A stretch of 64,000 nt of DNA, taken from assembly GCA_963727825.1 (NCBI GenBank), contig CAVSHO010000009.1, forward strand, positions 1 to 64,000. Direction: 5' to 3'. Position 1 is the first letter of the stretch. Each line of letters opens with the position of its first letter. Below, piece by piece: positions 10,434 through 21,866 of this stretch. The position numbers and the translations under genes are program-made. The DNA is from Ignavibacteriota bacterium. Its GTDB lineage: Bacteria > Bacteroidota > Ignavibacteria > UBA10030. The notes under the pieces were generated by a model. It had not been told where the DNA came from and searched no databases. It saw only the letters and a list, made by a program, of their open reading frames with translations.

Positions 10434-11441
10434 CTAATATCCAGCTATTTTTCTTATGAATTTTCCAAAAGGTTTTTTTATCGTTGTTTTTAGTAACTTT
10501 ATGGTGGTATCTTTTATTGGTGGATTAAGTACTTTGCTATAGTGGTTATAGTAATAATCATTATTAAAATACATTGAATTTCTGTAATATTCCCACCAAA
10601 TATCAAAACGCCAACACAAGTCATCCCATGGATTAAGTCCATTATAGTGAATCAAACCAGTTTCTTCCTGTCGATTGTGATTAATTGTCACTGCGGCTTT
10701 AAATCCTTCTTCAATTTCTTCAGCAGAAAATAACTTATTTAAATAATTCGGATCTCTAAAATATTTTTCATAGAATGATTGATTTGAGTTATACATTGGG
10801 GATATATATTTTATTTTATTCCTGCAGACAATATTAATTATGTCTTGATCCATATAAAAGTATTTACCGCCTACGAGTTTTTTAAATTTTCCTACTATGT
10901 TATCTTTACGTATTTCTTGCGAGTTATACATAAAAAAACCGCAATTAACATACTGCAGCGGATCACAGCCGAGAGAACGTACATATCTTTTATTGACAAT
11001 AGAGTTTTTCACAGCAGCAATGTAATTCTGGTTGAAATCTATAGTATAAAGATCCCATAAATCAATGTTAAATATGATATCAATATCAGACACAATGATC
11101 CTGTTGTATTGTGGCAATAATTCCGGAATGAGAAGCCGATAGTAGGTATTATTAGGAATACCGCGCAATTTATATGCATGAGTAAATACATCTCCAAGTT
11201 CTATAAAATGAATAGTACAATTTTTATACGATCGGTTTACTCTGAGCAATGTTTCTTCATACTCACCCATGATATCGCCGCCGTGCAACACAAAGATTTC
11301 GTAATATGTTTCTTTGTGAGCTTTGTCAAGTAAACTTGAGAAGCAAACCCCTGCCTGCATGGCAACTCTATGGTCAAACATAAAACAAATAGGTACATAA
11401 TTCATTATGCTGTTTCCAATCAAAACTTGATATTTGTTCAA
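10434..11441 (-). CDS. Glycosyltransferase family 8
   Basis: TYYRLLIPELLP, DxD motif DIDI, YVNCGF, DQDIIN and IHYNG..PW. Confidence 0.9.
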   Translation of the reverse strand: MNKYQVLIGNSIMNYVPICFMFDHRVAMQAGVCFSSLLDKAHKETYYEIFVLHGGDIMGEYEETLLRVNRSYKNCTIHFIELGDVFTHAYKLRGIPNNTYYRLLIPELLPQYNRIIVSDIDIIFNIDLWDLYTIDFNQNYIAAVKNSIVNKRYVRSLGCDPLQYVNCGFFMYNSQEIRKDNIVGKFKKLVGGKYFYMDQDIINIVCRNKIKYISPMYNSNQSFYEKYFRDPNYLNKLFSAEEIEEGFKAAVTINHNRQEETGLIHYNGLNPWDDLCWRFDIWWEYYRNSMYFNNDYYYNHYSKVLNPPIKDTTIKLLKTTIKKPFGKFIRKIAGY

Positions 11442-11475
11442 ATACCTGATTAAGTAATCTCAAGGAATGCTGATT

Positions 11476-12594
11476 TTACATGTTTTCTTTTAACAATGTC
11501 TTTTTCAGTGCATCCAAATATCCGTGTCCAAATCGTATGTCCGATTCTATATAATTTCCTTCCGCCCACTCATTCCACGATCTCAAAATAATTATTTTCT
11601 TCCCGTCAGGTTTATTTTTTACTTGATCCAGGCAGTCCCGGATGTGTTTTTCAAATAGTTCTGGCGTACTTTCCATGATAGATCACCGCCCTTCTACCGG
11701 ACCTGGGTGACCGGTCATATTGAGGAATAAGCGTAGGATAAATATTTTCCTGCTTATCATTCTCTGTATAAAAATACTTAATGATATCTTTATAATTATA
11801 TTTATTCAGGTACCTACCCCGCCAATTTTTTCGATCAATTTATGTCTTACTAGTTTCAAATACTTGCCTTTTACTTTCGATTCCGCCTGCCACTGTCCAT
11901 TGGAATTAATCGCATCGAATCCTAAATCGAATAATTCGCGCTGATATGAGACACTTATGCCGACGAAATGAATTCCCGAGAGACCGTTTTTTACAGCCAG
12001 ATTATTCCAAAGATCTATAAATTCATTCACTTGAGGAATGTTTAATGGTAAAAAAATCAGAAACAGCGGCTTATCTTCCACCTTAATATATCTTTGATCA
12101 TGAAATGCTTCAAGTAAAGTATAAAAATGCTTTTCATTATCCTCTTTACCAGGATATGTCTGTTCAACAAGGAATGTTTTCTCTTTCCAATGCTGACTCG
12201 AGTTCCAATCTCTGTTATTCCATGAATGATTAGCCCAGCCTAGACAAAACGGGAAATCCGGTTTTCCAGTTCTTAGGAGTTCTTTTAAAGGCATTTCAAG
12301 CAATCTTTTTCCATTTCCAAACCAATAGTCCCAATACAGGAAACCTTCAATGCCGGCATCTCTGGCCATCTCAGCTTGAGCTTCTCTGACTTCAGGCATT
12401 CTTAAATCATAATATCCTAAATCAGCTGGTACTCTTGGTTGATAATGCCCCCTAAATAAAGGCTTGGCTTTCCCTACATTTGTCCATTCTGTAAAACCTT
12501 TCCCCCACCATGCATCATTTTCAGGTATTGGGTGAAATTGCGGAAGATAACATGCGATGACACGTGCTTTTGGTGCGTTTTTCTTCATTTTCAT
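11476..12594 (-). CDS. WbsX / GH99-like glycosyltransferase (two frameshifts, near 11810 and 11672)
   Basis: YLPQFHPIPENDAWWGKGFTEWTNV and FCLGWANHSW. An intervening frame reads IYPTLIPQYDRSPRSG, and the C-terminus has SWNEWAEGNYIE. Confidence 0.85.
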
Positions 12595-12615
12595 GGTCTA
12601 TTGAACACGTCAGAA

Positions 12616-13983
12616 TTAGATATTTTCTGTAATAAGACCAGGTTGGTCTGATGAATACGATTCTTTTTTGTTTATTATTTGTTTTTTGAAATACACAAAC
12701 CTCAGCAAGACAGTGTAGATAACTAAAAATAACACAAAGGATCCGCATATGCCCGTAATTAAAATAAATACAGAATAAGAAAAAATGAATGCATTAAGAT
12801 AGATTCTTACTTGCTTCAAGTTTTTATTATTTGTCATTTTTCGATTTAAATACAGTAAAGAAAGAAAAAAGAACAGCCAGATCAAGCACCCAAGGATACC
12901 ATTTTCAATAAATACAACAAGGAATATACTTTCAAATGCAAGAAAAATGGTATCAGTGCCAACTTTTTTCATGAATATTGTCGTCCAATAGTATCCTTTC
13001 CCGATAAGTAGATCACGTGCTGTAATAAGTTTCAATCCAGCGTTGATTTGTTCTAATCTCATATTAACAGATGATCCTTTAGTTTGCGCCCCCTTACCGA
13101 ACACACCAACTATTGAATCTGCAAATTCCTGGTACTGTCCAAATATGGACGTATCTATTCCAATGAGAAGAATTGAAAAAACAAAACAAAGTATAATGAT
13201 TTTATGTTTTCTTGTTGTTAAAAAGTACATTATATATGCAAAACCGGCTAGAAACGCAAATATGCCGGAACGAGTACCGCTGATGATCATATTAATAATG
13301 AAAAGAGTTAAAAGAATGTAATGAAACCTGTCGTATTTTGACCAGTGAATAATACGTATAAAATAAATAAACATGAATAGTAAAGCCGACCACATCATCG
13401 GATGCGAAGTTGTTGATTGTACTCTTCCCTGGAATCCACTTCTGCTAGTTTCAAGAAAACGGCCCACCCAATCGATTTTCTCTAAATAACCGCCAAATAA
13501 TCTGACGTAGGGGTTTGATGATGATACAAAACAAATTAAACCATAAATGCTCATCACTATTGAACAGAGAATAATTACCTTGAGCAATATTTTTAAATCT
13601 TTTTCTGATTTATACAATTGCCATATAATAATAGGAACAAAAGCAGCATTCATAAAATCTGCCCTCAGGGCGGGAAATTGTTCTGAAAAAGGTAATTCAC
13701 GCGGTATAAATGTGAGTAGGAAAAGGGCGGAATAAAAGATGAGCAATGGACCTGCTATTGTATAATCAATCTTTTCTTTCTTCCATACTACATACTTAAT
13801 GAAATATATGACTAAAAAAAAAGTTGTCACTATATTATAGCTTAGCGTCAGCCCTGCTATTTCAATTTGCATATACGGTATAAGAAATAGATATCCAACG
13901 TAAACACATATGGCTTTTCGCAAATCAAAAAGAGCGATAATGAAAATAATAAGAACTACTAGTATTAATAATAGATTTATCAC
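12616..13983 (-). CDS. O-antigen polymerase/ligase family membrane protein (Wzy-like)
   Basis: Polytopic hydrophobic protein with RVQSTTSHP, SGTRSG, GSSVNMR and ENGILG, in a Wzx locus. Confidence 0.75.
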   Translation of the reverse strand: MINLLLILVVLIIFIIALFDLRKAICVYVGYLFLIPYMQIEIAGLTLSYNIVTTFFLVIYFIKYVVWKKEKIDYTIAGPLLIFYSALFLLTFIPRELPFSEQFPALRADFMNAAFVPIIIWQLYKSEKDLKILLKVIILCSIVMSIYGLICFVSSSNPYVRLFGGYLEKIDWVGRFLETSRSGFQGRVQSTTSHPMMWSALLFMFIYFIRIIHWSKYDRFHYILLTLFIINMIISGTRSGIFAFLAGFAYIMYFLTTRKHKIIILCFVFSILLIGIDTSIFGQYQEFADSIVGVFGKGAQTKGSSVNMRLEQINAGLKLITARDLLIGKGYYWTTIFMKKVGTDTIFLAFESIFLVVFIENGILGCLIWLFFFLSLLYLNRKMTNNKNLKQVRIYLNAFIFSYSVFILITGICGSFVLFLVIYTVLLRFVYFKKQIINKKESYSSDQPGLITENI

Positions 13984-14053
13984 AGAATTGTTTTAGAAAT
14001 GTAACCCTTACGAGTAGAATTAATCTGTTTGTGCTATAAAAAGATGCATACTT

Positions 14054-15034
14054 TCATTTTCTTTTTTGCCTGAGTATATCGAATGCAATAAAATCTTTAA
14101 TCTTTCTAAAAATCATGATGAACTTTTTGTATTTAATATATCTGTCATATATGTATTCAAAATCGTAATTATATGCTTTTTTGAACATTTCTTTTGATAA
14201 AGCAATATCCCCTTTTCGATTATATAATTCAGATAAATTTAAGCAACTAACTGCTAAAGTCTTAGAAAAATTTTCTTTAACACGGCCTGAAAATAATTTA
14301 ATTATCTGTTCCTTAGTCTTTACCCATTTTGCCAGAAACTCAATATCATCACGTTTACGATTACTATAGATTCCGCCCTTATGAATTCGATAAACAGCCA
14401 TTACTTCATTAATATATTTTATCTTGCCGTATTGTGCATTTAAGAGATGCAATGGATAATCACCAATAGGACTTTCACGATACCAATCGGGAAAGTCTTT
14501 TATCAAGCCATTTCGGAATACAACCGATGGAGTATGCATAAAATTTGTTACCACAAGATCTTCAATAGTTGTAACATCTCGAGGAACGTGTGTAATATAA
14601 TCCTTAATGAGCCTTCCGTTTTTTAAAATTTTAACCTTATGGAAACATATGGCAAAATCTGAATTTGCTTCAAGAAAATCGATCTGCTTTTGCAACTTAT
14701 AAGGATCCGTCCAGTAGTCGTCGCCTTCGCACAGTGCAATGTATTTGCCTCGAGCACGTGGAAAGGTTATATTAGCCCATATATTAATTGTCTTTTTTGA
14801 ATATTGATTTTCTGTTTGATAAATTGGTTTTATCAAATTAGGGTAATGTCTTTCATATTCCCGTATAATATTAGCGGTATTATCTGTCGAAGCATCATCA
14901 TGAATGAGTATCTCAATTGGGAATGTCGTTTTCTGCATAAGAAAACCTTCGATGGCATCACGAATATACTTGGCGTGATTATAGGTTATACAAGAAATAC
15001 TTATGAATGGATCTTCTGTTTTAGCGGTAATCAT
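14054..15034 (-). CDS. Glycosyltransferase family 2
   Basis: Motifs ITYNHAKYI, HDDASTD and GKYIALCEGDDYW. Confidence 0.92.
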   Translation of the reverse strand: MITAKTEDPFISISCITYNHAKYIRDAIEGFLMQKTTFPIEILIHDDASTDNTANIIREYERHYPNLIKPIYQTENQYSKKTINIWANITFPRARGKYIALCEGDDYWTDPYKLQKQIDFLEANSDFAICFHKVKILKNGRLIKDYITHVPRDVTTIEDLVVTNFMHTPSVVFRNGLIKDFPDWYRESPIGDYPLHLLNAQYGKIKYINEVMAVYRIHKGGIYSNRKRDDIEFLAKWVKTKEQIIKLFSGRVKENFSKTLAVSCLNLSELYNRKGDIALSKEMFKKAYNYDFEYIYDRYIKYKKFIMIFRKIKDFIAFDILRQKRK

Positions 15035-15354
15035 TATTAAATAATGTTAGAGTATTTTATCCGTATCTGTTTTTAATCTCTGTAAATATTCATTATCTAT
15101 TTCAATTACATATAAAAGTTGAGATATAATATAACTGTGGCCGACAAGTGGTTGATCATTTATTAAAATATTACAGGTGTTAAGCCTTTAAATCCTTTTG
15201 TACCAAAAGCAGCGTTTCATAAGTCATTTCAGTTCCATATTTAGCGTTTTCGAAAAACATATCGTAATTATATTTGTTCTTATATTTCATTGCCTATAAC
15301 TCAGACTAAAATGACTTAAAGTTTTGATAAAATTATTTTAACATACCTTTAGAT

Positions 15355-16660
15355 TTAATTACGATAGAGATCAAGCAATGCAGTATCAAATGTTTGAATT
15401 ATCATCGATTTCCCGTTCCCATCAAGAACGGAGAGAGTATTATGTATTTCATTAATTACTTTTGACATTCTATCAATAGTGGTTGTGGCAATAAAGAAAC
15501 GTGCAAATATTTGCCTTAATGTACCTTCACCGCTAATAATATCTCCTTCATAATAACGTTGTAGGATATAAAATACTTCCGGGATCTTAGATATTTTATC
15601 CATTCCGTAAATATTAGCAATTTTCCCTTCTTTTATAATCGGAGATAATTTACAACACCATTGTTTATAATGCGGATCAATCATTTTTTCTATGTCAGCA
15701 TCTCCGGTTTCTCCTGTTAATGCATATCTGATCAGCATTTCCATCATACTAAACCCCGTCATTTTTTCAATTATCAACGGTTCTTGTGATCCGGTAAATC
15801 TGTGACCGGTTTCAGTACCAAGCCAACATTCCATCGTCATCGATAAAACCGCTGAAAAATAATGGCCCATTAGTCAATCCAATGTCAGAAATGACTCGTT
15901 TAAAACTATCATTTTGATTATTAATGAAAGAATCTAAATGATACGATGGGAAAATAAAAGCTGTTGGCAATTTAGCAAATCCATCCCCAACGGAATTTTC
16001 ATATCTGTCAAACATACAACTGATTACTGGAACGCCGTCTTTAATTGCGTAATGAACATCGGCAGCTGGGCCGGCCATATATTTTTCAACTATATATTTC
16101 CCCTTTATAGAAAATTGAAGTGCTTTCTTAATTCCTGTATCTAATTCTTCCAGGTTATAGCACACAGAAATACCTTTACTGCTGCTACTGTCAACAGGTT
16201 TAGTAATAACAGGGTATTTTATTGTTGTTGTATTTTTTACATCCATATATTCTGGAACAGTCCTGACGCCGTTTTTTCTACAAACAGATTTAAAGGAATA
16301 CTTATCAATTAAAGTTTTTATCTGTTCCTTATTAATATAACATGGGAATGCTAATGCTTCACATATTTGTTGATAAGCTGGCAATAATGCTTCTGCGACA
16401 CCAACCATCACTCCATCAATATTTTCATTTTTAGCAAGTTTAATTAAGGCCTCAACGCACGATCCATCAATATCATATTTTTTATCTGCATGTTTTTTCG
16501 CAGGGTCATTTAGATTGTAAGCAGTAACCATTGTGTAAACGCCTAAACTTTTTGCTTTTTCAACTAGTGGGATAGTTTCTGCATTTGCGCCGAGGATTAA
16601 CAATCTTTTCCCTCTTAATTTATTTGTTTTGATAAGATTGTGAAATTTTGGTTTGAACAC
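15355..16660 (-). CDS. ATP-grasp (carboxylate-amine ligase) protein (frameshift near 15820)
   Basis: LLILGA N-domain, DKYSFK, YPVITKPVDSSSSKGIS, IVEKYM, then E.GHRFTG in the second frame. Confidence 0.8.
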
Positions 16661-16717
16661 GATGATAATATTATTTTAGGTAATCAAGTTTAATTGCAAC
16701 CAAAGAAATTAAGAATC

Positions 16718-16993
16718 TTAGTACCTATTCGTACACGCATTATCAATCTTTTCTTTCCAGTTCTGATCATTATTGATGAGAATATCTTTTATAGCAGTGT
16801 CCCTTGAATGTCTTTTTAAAGGAATCCGGATATATTGCCAACCATCAATTCGTTTAAATATCCTATTTCTCTCTATCCAACCGTGATAAATAAACTGAAC
16901 TGTATCGAATAAAATAAACTTTTCAACATTATTGATAAGACTATAGTAGCCAAGATAAGGGAAAAAATAAGGTCGCTTTATAGCTAATTTCAT
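16718..16993 (-). pseudogene. Truncated WbqC-family protein
   Basis: MKLAIKRPYFFPYLGYY..FDTVQFIYHGWIERNRI matches the WbqC N-terminus (normally QPYFxP), but the ORF stops at 91 aa and no continuation is visible. Confidence 0.8.
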
Positions 16994-18126
16994 TATCTGC
17001 CCAATCGGCCAAGAAATTCACAAATCATCTCAACTGTCTCTTTATCAAGTGTTGGATAAATCGGCAAACAAATAACTTGCTTTGTCACTGCCTCAGCAAT
17101 AGGCATTCTACCCTGTTTTGCCGATTCCAAACCGCGGTAGGTTGGAAACTGGCTGATAAGAGGATAGAAATATCGCCTCCCATAAATATTGTGTTTTTTT
17201 AGTTCTTCATATACAGTATCCCTGGTTTTGCCATATTTTTCTCGATCAATCAAAATCGGGAAATAAGGATAACAATGCTTCACGCCCTGTAAATCTTCAA
17301 GATAGGATATACCTTCTATTCCTTTCAATTTCTCCCTATAGATCTCTGCAATTGTTTTCCGCTTTTCAATCGCGCCATCAATGTGTTTTAACTGCAACAA
17401 ACCCATTGCAGCTTGTACCTCATTCATTTTGGCGTTTATGCCCGGAGCTACAACTGTAGTTTCATTTTCGAACCCAAAGTTTTTCAAGTTATCAATTCTT
17501 TTCTTGGTAACTTCGTCATGGCAAACAATCGCTCCGCCTTCAAAAGTTGTGAATACCTTTGTGGCGTGAAAACTCATCACCGAAAGATCCCCAAAATTTA
17601 ACACGCTTTTCTCATTTATAGTTACGCCAAAAGTATGGCACGCATCGTAGACAACTTTTAATCCGTATGTCTTCGCAATTTTTTCGATTCGCTCAACATT
17701 ACACGGATTGCCGTATACATGCACGGGAAAGATTGCTGTTGTTTTGGGTGTTATTGCCGCTTCAATTTTTTCCGGGTCGAGATTGAATGTATCCGGTTCG
17801 ATATCTACAAATACCGGTTTAATATTATTCCACCAGAGTGCGTGAGTGGTTGCAACAAAACTAAATGGAGTTGTTATTACTTCTTCCACTATGCGCAATG
17901 CTTGCAGTGCTGTAATAAGTGCAAGCGTCCCGTTCGAAAAAAGCGAAATATATTTCACACCGAGATATTCGCAGAGCGCTTTTTCTAATTCTTTATGATA
18001 TTGACCATTATTAGTTAGTACTTTGCTCTGCCAAATATCTTCCAAATATGGAATAAATTCTTCAAGCGGTGGTAGGTATGGTTTTGTAACGAAAATCGGT
18101 TGTTCAACTCTCTTTGGATTTTCCAT
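16993..18126 (-). CDS. DegT/DnrJ/EryC1/StrS sugar aminotransferase, VioA-like (dTDP-4-amino-4,6-dideoxyglucose)
   Basis: NGTLAL, TTPFSFVAT, YDACH, PLP-lysine motif SFHATKVF, GINAKMNE and RRYFYPLIS. Confidence 0.9.
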   Translation of the reverse strand: MENPKRVEQPIFVTKPYLPPLEEFIPYLEDIWQSKVLTNNGQYHKELEKALCEYLGVKYISLFSNGTLALITALQALRIVEEVITTPFSFVATTHALWWNNIKPVFVDIEPDTFNLDPEKIEAAITPKTTAIFPVHVYGNPCNVERIEKIAKTYGLKVVYDACHTFGVTINEKSVLNFGDLSVMSFHATKVFTTFEGGAIVCHDEVTKKRIDNLKNFGFENETTVVAPGINAKMNEVQAAMGLLQLKHIDGAIEKRKTIAEIYREKLKGIEGISYLEDLQGVKHCYPYFPILIDREKYGKTRDTVYEELKKHNIYGRRYFYPLISQFPTYRGLESAKQGRMPIAEAVTKQVICLPIYPTLDKETVEMICEFLGRLGR

Positions 18127-19576
18127 ATTCTCTAACTTTTAAAATAATAGGTCTCATAACGATGTTTTTGATTTCATTATATCCATTTATATGAAAACTT
18201 TCAGATAAAAATACCAACAGTATTGCTCCAGTTATAATCTGAAGAATAAACTGCATGATAATATGTGTATAAATGATAGTACCTACAATATAGACACATG
18301 CTCCGACAATAAGTGAAACCATAAGAGAAGGCAGAATATCTGTGAGTTGTTCAAGCACTGGATAAGATATCAATTGTGCCGAGTAATAACTATTGATAAA
18401 ATACGCAATGATTGATCCAAACATCATACCGATAATCATGGCCTTAATCCCAAACACGATACCAATCAAAATAACAGGGATATCAAAAGTTTTCTTAATA
18501 ACTTCAAGTTTTAAAGAAGATTCGGATCGTCCCTTCACATTTAGAATATTCAAATTCAAGGCATGTAAAGGATATAATGCACCAGCGAAGCACAGGAGTT
18601 GGAGGTAAATTACACTCGCTTCCCACTTTGCTCCGATCAAAATCAACACGAATGGTTTTGCTACAGCCGCAAGACCATTCATCAGGACAAATGATATATA
18701 CATCGTTGTTATGATGAGCCTTTTATATCTTTCTTTCAATTTAACATTATCTTCTTGGAAAGTCGCAAGAACAGGATAACTTACCCTTTGGATAGTCGTA
18801 GTAATGTTTTGTGAAATAACGTTCTTAAATTGATCTGCTCTCGTATAAAATCCAAGTTCTGTTGCGGAAAAAAATTTTCCAATCACAAGGTAATAAATAT
18901 TAGTAAAAGTCGTATCTATCAGTCCGGATATCAATAGTTTGGAGCCAAAACCGAATAGTTCACGAAATGCCTTAACCCTGAAAACAAAAACCGGTCTCCA
19001 ACCATTCCAAAACCATAAGAGAGCGGAGTTAATAATATTTTGTGCAACATTCTTCCATACGAGGCTCCAAACTCCCCAACCGTAATATGCCATGACTATT
19101 CCAATGACGCCCGAGGAGACGGAGGAAATGATTGAAATATTGGTCTGGAGTTTGAAATTGATATTCTTTGTTAATATTGTTTTTTGGATAACACTTAAAC
19201 TACTGATTATAATATTGACTCCTAAGACTTTGATCATGAGAGTCAATATCGGTTCGTGGTAAAAATTTCCAATTGCTCCGGAAAACAAAAAAAGGAGAAG
19301 ATAAAAGAACGATCCAATACCAAGATTATAGAAAAAAACCGTACTGTAATCTTCATTCGTACAATTATTTTTCCGTATCAATGCATGACTAAATCCACTA
19401 TCAATAAAGGATTGAGATATGGCTATAAAGATCGTGAGCATCCCTATAAGCCCGAATTCTTTCGGACTTAAAAGCCTTGCCAGAATAATTCCAAATACAA
19501 ACTGGAGACCCTGGTTAACAAAATTATCGGCAAAGCTCCACTTTAATCCGGAAATTGTCTTTTGTTTAAGTGACAT
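18104..19576 (-). CDS. wzx: Wzx flippase (WzxC-like)
   Basis: MSLKQKTISGLKWS, LARLLSPKEFGLIGM, ELFGFGSKLL and LGFYTRA. Multi-TM protein. Confidence 0.9.
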   Translation of the reverse strand: MSLKQKTISGLKWSFADNFVNQGLQFVFGIILARLLSPKEFGLIGMLTIFIAISQSFIDSGFSHALIRKNNCTNEDYSTVFFYNLGIGSFFYLLLFLFSGAIGNFYHEPILTLMIKVLGVNIIISSLSVIQKTILTKNINFKLQTNISIISSVSSGVIGIVMAYYGWGVWSLVWKNVAQNIINSALLWFWNGWRPVFVFRVKAFRELFGFGSKLLISGLIDTTFTNIYYLVIGKFFSATELGFYTRADQFKNVISQNITTTIQRVSYPVLATFQEDNVKLKERYKRLIITTMYISFVLMNGLAAVAKPFVLILIGAKWEASVIYLQLLCFAGALYPLHALNLNILNVKGRSESSLKLEVIKKTFDIPVILIGIVFGIKAMIIGMMFGSIIAYFINSYYSAQLISYPVLEQLTDILPSLMVSLIVGACVYIVGTIIYTHIIMQFILQIITGAILLVFLSESFHINGYNEIKNIVMRPIILKVREYGKSKES

Positions 19577-19679
19577 GTAATTAATTATAAATAAACGTTA
19601 GCAATAAATGGAATAAGAAATAAGTCGCGCACATTCCCAGCACGCGATAGTGAGATTAGAGACTTGTTTTCAAACAATT

Positions 19680-20735
19680 TCAAGATCGTCGAAAGAGGTG
19701 AACGAAATCCAGAATAATCGAATATCCCTTTTCCAATTTAGGTAAAAATGCCAATATAAGTGTGATTATCGTTGTGCAAACAACCATTAAAAAAATAGAC
19801 CATAGTGTTCGCGATGGCCCTGTTTTAAGAATAGGGTCTCCAGCCAACTCCTGTATGTTCAAAATAGGAGTGTCTCTTATTTCGTCAAGCTTTATCAATT
19901 CCAGTTGATGAGTCAATTCCATATAAACACCCTGGAGTAGTGTGACATTTCTACTTAATCTATTATCTTCAAGTGCTAATCGTGGAATATTACTACTGCT
20001 CATAGTGCGTTCTCTTAAACTGCGCAATCTGTCTTCGGAAATCGCCAATGAGTCGCATACTTCTTTAATCCTCTCTTCAAGATAGACACGCTGATCCGAA
20101 GCATAAGATTTGCGCTGTGTTCTTATATAATTATCAAGAGATTCAACAATCCGGTTAGCAACTTCAGCACTGAGTTTTGATTCCGGCAAGCGGATACTCA
20201 CTGTTAATATTTTCGTAGTCCAGTCAACTTTTGTTTTTAAATTTGTCTTTTTAAAATCTCTAATAGCTCTCACCACTCTATCTCTTTCACGGAGAGGAAG
20301 AGGGAGATCCTCGTCGGGAATTATTTTAAAATAATCTATTAGGTTTACTGAATCCTTAAATTTATCTGTTAAATATTTATTCTCAATAGCCGGAGCAAGA
20401 ACAGATTCACTCTGGATAATGTTTTCATAAATCTCCGTCGGAGCCGCCTTTAATGACATTCCCGCCATCGACGCTAAATCACTCAACCCGCTGACCGAGG
20501 TAGATTTGCTGCCGTAATCTGGCAAAATGTCTATTGATACATCATAATATGGTTTAACGATAAAAATCATAAATAGAACAATTACGATAGCAGCAATGCA
20601 ATTGATGATTAACCATTTTTTCCGTTTTTCCCAAACACGCAATAGATACGGTGTTAAAGAACCAAAAAAATCTTGCAGCCGTTTATCCCACGGTATTTTT
20701 TCTTGCTCTGTTGATTCTTCTAAATCATCTTTCAT
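19680..20735 (-). CDS. Wzz/Wzc-type chain-length determinant (PCP)
   Basis: N-terminal and C-terminal TM helices around a coiled-coil periplasmic region, with P..KTGPSR before the last TM. Confidence 0.8.
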   Translation of the reverse strand: MKDDLEESTEQEKIPWDKRLQDFFGSLTPYLLRVWEKRKKWLIINCIAAIVIVLFMIFIVKPYYDVSIDILPDYGSKSTSVSGLSDLASMAGMSLKAAPTEIYENIIQSESVLAPAIENKYLTDKFKDSVNLIDYFKIIPDEDLPLPLRERDRVVRAIRDFKKTNLKTKVDWTTKILTVSIRLPESKLSAEVANRIVESLDNYIRTQRKSYASDQRVYLEERIKEVCDSLAISEDRLRSLRERTMSSSNIPRLALEDNRLSRNVTLLQGVYMELTHQLELIKLDEIRDTPILNIQELAGDPILKTGPSRTLWSIFLMVVCTTIITLILAFLPKLEKGYSIILDFVHLFRRS

Positions 20736-20792
20736 AATTTTTACTTATCTATAATGTTGTGGTAAAATATTTTCAGTTACCTGAGTTTCTCA

Positions 20793-21136
20793 ACAGCCGG
20801 AGACCCGAGAATGTCACATGCGAAAGTGTGTGGCTATTCCTAAAAAGTTTCCAAATAGAACTTGGGAATAAGCGAAAATCCTTTGCTCCGTCAAGATTTC
20901 TCATCCCGCTTGTGCGGAATTCGAAATGACAAATAATCCATTTACATTTTACTTGGAAGCACAATAACTGTCGCTGCCGAAACGGCAATGTCTGTTCAAA
21001 TTCATTCTTTTATCAATAATAATAAATAAATCACTCAAACGGTAGTGTTTCACAGCCGGAGGCCTCAGAATGTCACACGAGAAAGCGTGTGCCTATTACT
21101 AAAAGGTTTCCAAGAAGAACCTAGGAACAAGTGAAA
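20793..21136. repeat. Diverged ~85-bp direct repeat pair (20793-20877 and 21052-21136)
   Basis: ACAGCCGGAG..AGAATGTCACA..GAAAG..CTATT..TAAAA..TTTCCAA..AGAAC..GGAA.AAG.GAAA is present twice. Confidence 0.8.
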
Positions 21137-21533
21137 GGCATCGAAGCTTGGTGGTTGAGTAGCCTCGTTTTATGGCGTAGAGTCCAGTCCCTGACTGACT
21201 GTAAGGAGCGCGGCAATCTCATACACTCGTCATTGCGAATAACTTTAAGCCGTCATTGCGAGCGACTGTAAGGAGCGCGGCAATCTCTCTCATTCCTGTA
21301 TGATCAGATTGCCTCGTCGCTACGCTCCTCGCAATGACGTAATAGGGCGGCGAGGACAGGCTACTTTTCATTGCGAACAACAGAATTCAGTCATTGCGAG
21401 CGTATCGAAGCCAAATGCTGCATTTTTCCCCTCCTCACTTGAGGAGGGGAATGGGGTGGTGTGGAGTGCACCCCTTGCGTGAGACAAATATTTTGAGTAT
21501 TAAGATGGACATATTTCCGAGAGGAGATGTCCC

Positions 21534-21866
21534 ATGTCAGTTACACGCAAGCGATTCACCCGTGAATTTAAATTACAAGTAATTCGAGCCTATGAATCAG
21601 GCACAACGGTCGGTGAGTTAACCCGACAATTTGATATTCATCCGAATCTTATTTATAAATGGAGCCAAGAGTATCGTAATAATCCTACAGGAGCTTTCCA
21701 CGGTACAGCCAGTGCTAGCGAAGCACCACAACAAGCCGAACAACGAGTGGCGGAACTGGAACGAATCATTGGCCGATTGACGGTGGAGAACGATTTTTTA
21801 AAAAAAGCCTTGCTGCATGCCAAAACCATATTGGCCGAACCAAACGACAGACTTATCAAACCATAA
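21534..21866 (+). CDS. IS3 OrfA (HTH) transposase subunit
   Basis: RKRFTREFKLQV..IHPNLIYKW..LTVENDFLKKA, with an A7G slippery site at 21800-21807. Confidence 0.92.
   Translation: MSVTRKRFTREFKLQVIRAYESGTTVGELTRQFDIHPNLIYKWSQEYRNNPTGAFHGTASASEAPQQAEQRVAELERIIGRLTVENDFLKKALLHAKTILAEPNDRLIKP

Noticed and set aside
21300-21582. Short ORFs in the REP cluster (also 23146-23442, 24205-24447 and 29207-29502)
   Set aside because: They read through palindromic repeats and show no protein-family signal.
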